64,000 nucleotides of DNA from Candidatus Nitrosomaritimum khambatensis (GTDB lineage Archaea; Thermoproteota; Nitrososphaeria; Nitrososphaerales; Nitrosopumilaceae): NCBI GenBank assembly GCA_011773785.1, contig WVWY01000001.1, positions 3,085 to 67,084 of the forward strand. Direction: 5' to 3'. The notes under the pieces were generated by a model that did no database searches, was not told where the DNA came from, and worked only from the letters and a program-made list of their open reading frames with translations. Both the position numbers and the translations under genes were made by a program. Positions 57,385-64,000 of this stretch are shown piece after piece; within the stretch, counting starts at the first letter, position 1, and the number at the start of each line of letters is the position of its first letter.

Positions 57385-58698
57385 TTACCATCTACTACGG
57401 CCACCATATGGGTTTCTTCTTCCTCGGTCACCAAATTTTTTACGGTCTCGACCTCTATCATCTGATCTTCTTCTGTCTTGTTTACCATACCCTCCATAAC
57501 GTGAGCCTCTTGAATAGCTTGAGCGCTCTTGTCCACCATATCGTCTAGATGGAATCTGTCTTTTTAGAGGATCAGGTATTGCAATTTCAATTCCCATCTC
57601 TTTGTTCAGGTCTTTAATTTCAGTTTTGATTTGACGCTTGATTAGATTCCAATCTCCTACTGAAGAATATGATACAAAAGTAATTGCTCTACCTTTTGCA
57701 CCTGCTCGTGCAGTTCTACCTATTCTGTGAAAGTATACCATATCTTGATTTGGAACATCATAATTTATCACAAGCTCTACCCTTGGAACGTCAATTCCTC
57801 TTGAAGCTACATCTGTTGCAACTAGGATGTCTGCTTTTCCTGATCTGAATTTTGCCATTGCTTGCTCACGTCTATGCTGAGACATGTCTCCCTCTATTGC
57901 TACTGCATCAAATTTTTCTTGGTGTAAGAATTTTGCAACATCTCGAGTTCTATATTTGGTTGAGCAAAATACTATGACTTGTCCTTTTACCTTTTTTATA
58001 AAATCAATGAGAAAATCAAATTTGTCCCGGTCTTTAATTACCAAATAAGCTTGGTCAATTCCCTCTCCACTCAGATCATCTGCATCTAAGAGGAATTGCT
58101 TGGGGTTTTTGAGGTATTCTTCAGATAGTCTAAGAATCTCAGTTGGCATTGTTGCTGAAAATAGTGACATTGTTCTTTCTTCTGGTGTCAAATCTAAAAT
58201 AAACTGGATATCATCAATAAATCCCATATCCAACATGGTATCTGCTTCATCTAACACGACATGTTCTATGTCTTTGAGTTCAATTGAACCGCGTTTGAGA
58301 TGATCAATTAGTCTTCCTGGAGTTGCAACAACAATCTCTACTCCTTTATCCAGAGCATCAAGCTGAATTCCCATTCCTTGGCCACCATAAATAGTCGCAA
58401 CTTTAATTCCGGTATATTTTCCAAATTTTGTAATTTCGCCAGATATTTGCATGGCAAGCTCCCGAGTTGGTGCAAGAACCATTCCTTGAATTCCTCTCTT
58501 TGGTGTGATGTTTTGAAGCATTGATAATGAAAATGCTGCAGTTTTTCCAGAGCCTGTATGGGCTTGTCCAATCACATCTCTTGCTGACAGCAAAACTGGC
58601 ACACAAGCTTCTTGAATTGGGAAGGCTTCTTCAAATCCCAATTCGTCAAGAGCTTTTAGAATCTCTTCTTTTATTCCTAATTCATCAAACTTTGTCAT
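57385..58698 (-). CDS. DEAD-box RNA helicase
   Basis: Q motif, HTGSGKT, PTRELA, DEAD, SAT and HRIGRTAR; RG-rich tail. Confidence 0.96.
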   Translation of the reverse strand: MTKFDELGIKEEILKALDELGFEEAFPIQEACVPVLLSARDVIGQAHTGSGKTAAFSLSMLQNITPKRGIQGMVLAPTRELAMQISGEITKFGKYTGIKVATIYGGQGMGIQLDALDKGVEIVVATPGRLIDHLKRGSIELKDIEHVVLDEADTMLDMGFIDDIQFILDLTPEERTMSLFSATMPTEILRLSEEYLKNPKQFLLDADDLSGEGIDQAYLVIKDRDKFDFLIDFIKKVKGQVIVFCSTKYRTRDVAKFLHQEKFDAVAIEGDMSQHRREQAMAKFRSGKADILVATDVASRGIDVPRVELVINYDVPNQDMVYFHRIGRTARAGAKGRAITFVSYSSVGDWNLIKRQIKTEIKDLNKEMGIEIAIPDPLKRQIPSRRYGGQERSSYSRGSRYGGYGKQDRRRSDDRGRDRKKFGDRGRRNPYGGRSRW

Positions 58699-58802
58699 TA
58701 TTTTTCTTCTCTTCAGCAATGACGAAAAAGCTCATTGCCTACTCGTCATCATTTTCGATATTTATCAAAGAGCATTTTAGGTCTAATAAACGCTTGTTAA
58801 AT

Positions 58803-59735
58803 TCATGCTTCTAATTGAGCATCTATAATTCGTTTAAATGACTCAAATGGTTGAGCGCCATTTAGTTTTACAAAGCCAATCTCGTCATTTCCAATAAAAA
58901 AGCCTGGTGTACCAGTAATCTCATAACTTTGCCCATCTCTGAAATCATTTTGCACTTCGTCCAAGTATTTTCCTGAAGCTAAACAAGAATTGAATTGCTC
59001 CATCTCTAACTCTATGTCTTGTGCATATTGAGTAAATGTTGCAATAGCAGTATTACTGTCAAGTCTTGCCCAAGAACTTTGTTTTTCAAATAATGTATCG
59101 TGATACTCCCAGTATTTTCCTTGTTCGTCTGCACATTCAGCAGCTACTGCTGCTGGTAATGCATTTGGGTGAATGCGCTGAATTGGATAGTCCCTATAAA
59201 CAAAATTTACTTTTCCTGTGTTTATGTACTCCTCCATAAGAGATGGTAATGTTTGCATATGGAATCTTGCACAAAATGGACATTGATAGTCTGAAAATTC
59301 AATAATTGTAATTGGTGCATTAGGGTCTCCTCGTACTGGATCATCATCTGCAGAAATTCTTAATGGTTGAGGAGGCGCAGCAGAAGGCTGAACTTGAACT
59401 CTCTCTAATTTTGCCTCTAGTCTAGATATTGCGTCTTCTAATTCTGATTGAGTTACTGTATCTGAATCTAAATTGGAAAAATACGAACCTGCAAAAAATG
59501 CTGCTACTGCAACAACTGCGACAAGAGCAACAATCAAACCTGTTGGAGTAGATTTTTTTTGTGATATTTCTGAAACAGGTTCTCTATTTGGCGGAGGAGT
59601 GGTGTTTTCTATTTTTGGTTGCTCTGAAATATCTGAAGATTCATCCTCTGTGGAAATATCTGAATTATTAGAAATTCCTTCCTCATTATTTGTCTCTAAA
59701 TTAATCTCATCATCTCGTTTTTCTTCTGAACTCAT
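58803..59735 (-). CDS. Membrane-anchored DsbA-family oxidoreductase
   Basis: TM helix; EFSDYQCPFC and GTPGFFI. Confidence 0.9.
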   Translation of the reverse strand: MSSEEKRDDEINLETNNEEGISNNSDISTEDESSDISEQPKIENTTPPPNREPVSEISQKKSTPTGLIVALVAVVAVAAFFAGSYFSNLDSDTVTQSELEDAISRLEAKLERVQVQPSAAPPQPLRISADDDPVRGDPNAPITIIEFSDYQCPFCARFHMQTLPSLMEEYINTGKVNFVYRDYPIQRIHPNALPAAVAAECADEQGKYWEYHDTLFEKQSSWARLDSNTAIATFTQYAQDIELEMEQFNSCLASGKYLDEVQNDFRDGQSYEITGTPGFFIGNDEIGFVKLNGAQPFESFKRIIDAQLEA

Positions 59736-59933
59736 GCATTGTTAGAGGTTTTTCGTGTATACTTATTTCTATTGCCAAGTTCTACATCAGTATGATTGGC
59801 GCCTAAAATGTATCAGAGGTTTGTTACATTTATGCTCAACACAATCAATCATTGAGCATTTTTTTATTTTGAAAAGTTGTTCAATCTGAACAGAATTTGA
59901 CTGAAGTAACATTCGTCAATAACAAACAGTACA

Positions 59934-60581
59934 ATGAGCTCCTTTTTTTCTTTTAAAAAAATAAAATCAAAAAAAGCCGTTTCTCCAGTTATTGCAACAC
60001 TATTACTTGTGGCAGTTGCAGTGGTGGGTAGCGCCATTAATTTTGGTTTTTCTCAACAATACTTCAACTCAGCTCAAGCAAGTGGTCTGTATGGAATAGA
60101 ATCAATTGTGTTTCTTGGTTATGATGCTACTGACACGGATCATTTGACATATCATGACGGGATAATCTCTAATCCGGTAGCTAATTGGCATGGAAATCAA
60201 ATTTCAGATGGAATAAACCGCGGAGAACGAATTGCAATATACGTTCAAAATAATAGTGTTGAACAAGTTACATTGGCCCAAATTAGATTAGCAGGAAACA
60301 TTTACTCTTACCAAAGTTTAGATTCTGATAATAAAATGACTCCATACACATCAAGTGTTTTACTTGAAGGCGGATATACCATTGTAAAAAATGGAAACCC
60401 TGGTGCTCCTGCTGACGTAATAGCTAGTGCCTCTCCTACGCTTCAGCCAGGACAACTGGCAACTATTGTAGTGGAATTGGATGAGAATTATCAACTCGGT
60501 AGAGACATGCAATTTAAGATAATTACTGGCAAAAACAATGCATTTGTTTATACTGTAGCATCAGGTCAGAACACAAATTAG
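59934..60581 (+). CDS. Archaeal type IV pilin/archaellin-like protein
   Basis: Class III signal peptide KKA/VSPVIATLLLVAVAVV. Confidence 0.85.
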   Translation: MSSFFSFKKIKSKKAVSPVIATLLLVAVAVVGSAINFGFSQQYFNSAQASGLYGIESIVFLGYDATDTDHLTYHDGIISNPVANWHGNQISDGINRGERIAIYVQNNSVEQVTLAQIRLAGNIYSYQSLDSDNKMTPYTSSVLLEGGYTIVKNGNPGAPADVIASASPTLQPGQLATIVVELDENYQLGRDMQFKIITGKNNAFVYTVASGQNTN

Positions 60582-60589
60582 AAAATCAA

Positions 60590-60664
60590 AGCCAATGATG
60601 GGATCTGAACCCATGACCTTTCGCTTACAAGGCGAATGCTCTAGCCAGGCTGAGCTACATTGGC
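60590..60664 (-). tRNA. tRNA-Thr(UGU)
   Basis: Reverse complement GCCAATGTAGCTCAGCCTGGCTAGAGCATTCGCCTTGTAAGCGAAAGGTCATGGGTTCAGATCCCATCATTGGCT folds as a cloverleaf. Anticodon TGT, no intron, CCA not encoded. Confidence 0.95.
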
Positions 60665-60787
60665 ACGATGTAAAATGAAAGGTTGGATGTTTTAAAGTGT
60701 TACCAGAAGTATGTTTTCTGGCCAATCCAAGTCCCAAATTTTACTAACATTCAATTTATAATGTTGCCCAATGCTGAAAATTTGTAA

Positions 60788-61024
60788 ATGAAGTACATTC
60801 AGCCTCTCAAGCTCAAAGTCTTAATGATGATGTTTTTTGGGACTGGGATTCTTGGTATTGTTATTGGATTAACCATTGCCCCAAACTTTTCCTCTGATAC
60901 TTCTATTCTTATCACGTTTATGGGCGTCATCAATTTATCTTTGGGTGGTTTTTTTGGCTGGATATTTCTAACTCAGCCCTCAAAAGAGCCCGACAAAAGA
61001 AAAAGAAAACCAAAAGGAAAATAG
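60788..61024 (+). CDS. Small two-TM membrane protein
   Basis: Two TM helices and a basic tail. Confidence 0.7.
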   Translation: MKYIQPLKLKVLMMMFFGTGILGIVIGLTIAPNFSSDTSILITFMGVINLSLGGFFGWIFLTQPSKEPDKRKRKPKGK

Positions 61025-61135
61025 ATTTTCTTGTTTTGAAATTTGAATCAACTTTATAATCATTATTTCAAAAATATTTGAAAATCAAAACCTCATACAA
61101 AGTATAAATAATTAAGATATTTCACCAATGAAAGA

Positions 61136-61687
61136 TTGCTTGACCTTGTTGCCAAAAAATTATTTCTTACAAAGGGTGTAGGGGTTCATGAAGATCGTCT
61201 TACAAGTTTTGAGTTTGCGTTAAGAAATGCAGGAATTGCTGGAACCAACCTTGTATTGATTTCAAGTATATTTCCTCCACATGCAAAATTAATTTCCAGA
61301 AACGAAGGTCTAAAACAAATCAAACCTGGGCAAATACTATTTACCATTTATTCTAAAAACCAGACAAATGAGCCTCATCGTCTTTGTTCTGCATCTGTTG
61401 GAATTGCCAGACCTAAAGACCCTAACCGATATGGCTATCTCTCTGAATACGAATCTTATGGGCAAAACCAAACTCAGGCAGGCGATTATGCTGAGGATAT
61501 AGCAGCGCAGATGCTAGCATCCTCTTTGGGGATTCCTTTTGATATTGATAAGAGCTGGGATGAAAAACGTCAACAATGGACCATTTCAGGACAAATTTAC
61601 AGAACACAAAACATCACTCAAAGTGCCAAAGGTGACAAAGATGGAAAATGGACTACAGTCTTTGCAGCAGCAGTTTTGTTGATTTAG
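61136..61687 (+). CDS. pdaD: Pyruvoyl-dependent arginine decarboxylase
   Basis: SFEFALRNAGI..NLV.ISSI.PP self-cleavage motif, YGYLSE and WTTVFAAAV. Confidence 0.9.
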   Translation: MLDLVAKKLFLTKGVGVHEDRLTSFEFALRNAGIAGTNLVLISSIFPPHAKLISRNEGLKQIKPGQILFTIYSKNQTNEPHRLCSASVGIARPKDPNRYGYLSEYESYGQNQTQAGDYAEDIAAQMLASSLGIPFDIDKSWDEKRQQWTISGQIYRTQNITQSAKGDKDGKWTTVFAAAVLLI

Positions 61688-62839
61688 TTATTTTCTGTAT
61701 CCTTTGAGGAAAAATATCGCAGCAGCTATTCCACCAATTATTATGATTATCAAAATTATGATTGACTCATCAAATGAGGTCTCCGTAACTGTTGGTTCTT
61801 TTTCTTCACCTATTGAGAACTGCAACATGTTTGCTTTAACAGAAGATTGTTCTCCGAAAAGATATTTCCCCTGAATTCTTTCCCCTTGTTCAGGATCAAA
61901 AACCCATCCTTGTTTTGTAAGTTCTGTTGGTATTTTTTCACCGTCTACTATCTGTGTTGGAATAAAACTACCTTTGACATTTGAAACACTGGTTGACTCG
62001 GGAGATAATATTAGGATTTGAAAGATTGAATTAAGTGGATAAAATCCACCAGAAAAGTATTGGGATCTTTTGAGTTCATCTGTGTGTAGAAATTCTAAGG
62101 GACTAAGTTCTGAAATATTTAAAGTAGAATTAGGATAATTTGCAGATACTTTCAACTGCATCAAGGAACTGTTTTCCATTGGGATGATTGAAAAGGTTAC
62201 TTTGGAATTTTCTTCAAATGACAAATTTTTTGCAGTCTCATAAAATCCTCCCGCCTCTCTGATTTCTTTTGGAATCAACAAACCAGAAATTTTTTCATAC
62301 ATTGAGCCAGAATCCTCCATTGGCATAGTGTATACCGAAGAAATCACTCCTCTACCAGAAACCATCCCGGAAGTCTCTAACCCTCTGTTGAATTGGTCAT
62401 CTGTATGAATATACACCGAATGAAACTTTGCATCAGTATCAAATGCTTCATTAATGTCATGAATGTATGATTCTCCAATCTCTTTTGTAGAGTCTTGAAT
62501 GGCAATCACTCCTTTGTCCTCTGGATTTCTAAGAACATTTATCATAATGCAAGATTCATTGACTACTCCTAGAATGCATTCCTCTTGATTTGTCAGTATT
62601 ACCGAAGTAATACGAGAATCTTCTCTTATCATTTTTTCAAGTTCTGAGGGAATTTTTATTTCCTGAATGCTTGTAGTCTGCAAGGTAATTGATGCTGTAA
62701 TTTCTTGTAAAATACTTCTATCTACCAAAACTTGAGCAGTTTCTTGAAAAGTCGCCAGCCCTATTTCTTGCGAGTATGCAAAATTAGCAGAAAATGAAAA
62801 AATTCCAATCAAGACAAAAAATACAACTATTTTATTCAT
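61688..62839 (-). CDS. Secreted/membrane-anchored hypothetical protein
   Basis: Signal peptide and C-terminal TM with basic tail. Confidence 0.75.
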   Translation of the reverse strand: MNKIVVFFVLIGIFSFSANFAYSQEIGLATFQETAQVLVDRSILQEITASITLQTTSIQEIKIPSELEKMIREDSRITSVILTNQEECILGVVNESCIMINVLRNPEDKGVIAIQDSTKEIGESYIHDINEAFDTDAKFHSVYIHTDDQFNRGLETSGMVSGRGVISSVYTMPMEDSGSMYEKISGLLIPKEIREAGGFYETAKNLSFEENSKVTFSIIPMENSSLMQLKVSANYPNSTLNISELSPLEFLHTDELKRSQYFSGGFYPLNSIFQILILSPESTSVSNVKGSFIPTQIVDGEKIPTELTKQGWVFDPEQGERIQGKYLFGEQSSVKANMLQFSIGEEKEPTVTETSFDESIIILIIIIIGGIAAAIFFLKGYRK

Positions 62840-62973
62840 GGCTTGCTCCTTGTAGGCAAATTATTAAATTTACTCTTAGCTGATTTTTTCCAAAAAATTC
62901 GTCTTCACGCTAAAAGCTGAAAACTTTTTATCATTTTTGCCATTATCGGCTAGCTTTTAGCTAATATGCCCAC

Positions 62974-63570
62974 TTGTCTATATTGATATTAACAATGGCA
63001 TTGGTTCCTTTTCTTTCGGATATTTTTACAGATCCTGTATTTTCACTAGTTGGAATTTCAGTTGCATTTGCAATAGGATTGCTGCAGGGAATAATTTTGG
63101 GAAAAGCCATCCTTCTTAGATTTCCTCGCCTTCAAAACAACTTGAAAAAAGTCTCAATCTCTTTGTTTGTTTTATTTTTAATTAATGCAATTTTGAGTGT
63201 TCCAAGATTTGCCTCTCCTGAAAAAATTGACCTTTCTTCTATATCTCAAGCAACAAGTTCTGGAGAAGTTGCATCACTACTATTTCTAATTCTTGGAATC
63301 AATACTGGATTTTTGGCAGTACTTGCAATATCAGTAACTGTGATGACCTTGATTCTTCTAAAAATGAGCCCAATTCATGGAGTATCCAAAATTTTTGTAA
63401 TTTTCTTTAGCATTGTAATTTTGGCGTTTACCGGTCTTAGTAGATTTACTGACCTTACGCCTAGCACCTTTGAAGTCTTTTTGTATTTTCTTTATCAGAT
63501 GGGGCTTACTATTGGAATTTTAGCAGGAACTATCAGAAAGGTTAAACCAAAAAAACCAGACTTGAAATAA
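62974..63570 (+). CDS. Multi-pass membrane protein, hypothetical
   Basis: About five TM segments. Confidence 0.7.
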   Translation: MSILILTMALVPFLSDIFTDPVFSLVGISVAFAIGLLQGIILGKAILLRFPRLQNNLKKVSISLFVLFLINAILSVPRFASPEKIDLSSISQATSSGEVASLLFLILGINTGFLAVLAISVTVMTLILLKMSPIHGVSKIFVIFFSIVILAFTGLSRFTDLTPSTFEVFLYFLYQMGLTIGILAGTIRKVKPKKPDLK

Positions 63571-63609
63571 GAATCTCAAAGGTTTAAATCTACAAAAAAT
63601 TTCCTCATA

Positions 63610-63678
63610 TTGACATCGAATTCAAACCGTTCGGGGAACAAGCTGGCAGTCCGTGCGTTGGACTGTCAGCCCCATTAA
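63610..63678 (+). ncRNA. Candidate small structured RNA (or 22-codon leaderless ORF)
   Basis: TTTAAA box at 63583-88; 11-bp stem GCTGGCAGTCC/GGACTGTCAGC extended by GGG/CCC. Confidence 0.4.
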
Positions 63679-64000
63679 TTAATTCAGAGTTTCTAATTCC
63701 TTGACTTGAGTTTTGATATAATCAAAACCTTCTTGCCAAAATTTGGTTGAGGTAATATCTAGACCGTGTTCTGACAAAAGTTCTTCAGGCTTTTTAGATC
63801 CGCCTGCAGCCAAGATATCAAAATAATCGTTTTCAAATTGAGTTCCCTCTTTTTTATATCTCTGAAACAATGACAGTGCAAGCAAGTTTCCAAAAGAGTA
63901 TGCATAGCAGTAAAATGGAGTGTGATAAAAATGAGGAATGCAACTCCACTCTACTGAAAAATCATCAGATAAATTAACAGAATTTCCAAATTGTTCTTTG
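63679..64000 (-). CDS. Oligoendopeptidase F (M3B), C-terminal part (starts outside the window)
   Basis: Hand translation includes EWSCIPHFYHTPFYCYAYSFGNLLAL..AGGS..P.ELL..G.D. Confidence 0.88.
   Translation of the reverse strand, partial: KEQFGNSVNLSDDFSVEWSCIPHFYHTPFYCYAYSFGNLLALSLFQRYKKEGTQFENDYFDILAAGGSKKPEELLSEHGLDITSTKFWQEGFDYIKTQVKELETLN

Noticed and set aside
59736..60664. Integrated element at tRNA-Thr
   Set aside because: No duplicate of the tRNA 3' end and no integrase were found in the window.
329..61607. Many short ORF-track entries overlapping longer genes (e.g. 329-529, 2603-3016, 20143-20562, 31561-32028, 37779-38246, 50307-50540)
   Set aside because: They are antisense or off-frame shadows of well-supported genes and have no recognisable motifs.
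63633..63673. SECIS element or H/ACA guide RNA
   Set aside because: No in-frame UGA selenoprotein candidate is adjacent. There is no two-sided pocket, K-turn or ACA box at the right distance.
1..64000. CRISPR array, rRNA, transposase or integrase
   Set aside because: No regularly spaced repeat-spacer units, rRNA-like blocks or recombinase motifs were seen. The tandem repeats found are all in-frame coding repeats.

Overview
An AT-rich, gene-dense core-chromosome segment of an ammonia-oxidising archaeon (Nitrosopumilaceae-like thaumarchaeote). This assignment rests on archaeal ribosomal proteins L39e/L31e/L15e, Rpo7/Spt4, a divergent FtsZ, thaumarchaeal-type NirK, many cupredoxins and PEFG/CFI-box C-terminal sorting tails. 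Recognisable blocks are the nurA-herA-mre11-rad50 repair operon, NAD synthesis genes (nadX, nadA, nadC), a K+-independent-type H+-PPase, heme O synthase, Cdc48, EF-1beta, Pth2, TruD, a DEAD-box helicase, PdaD and tRNA-Thr(UGU). I saw no CRISPR array, rRNA, integrase or transposase. The most interesting observations are: (1) a half-length deoxyhypusine-hydroxylase-like HEAT protein with two HE motifs; (2) directly downstream, a membrane-anchored Kazal + 3x cupredoxin + Cache + cupredoxin fusion; (3) directly upstream, an unannotated ~100-nt structured ncRNA candidate lying in a cluster of micro-ORFs; (4) a CHASE-class III cyclase receptor inside the nad cluster; (5) a clear box C/D guide RNA; (6) a second promoter-associated hairpin RNA candidate; (7) an arcadin-1-like protein; and (8) a ~1 kb two-gene cassette bounded by a 13-bp direct repeat plus inner inverted repeats. 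All family calls come from motif recognition by eye, not from database searches.
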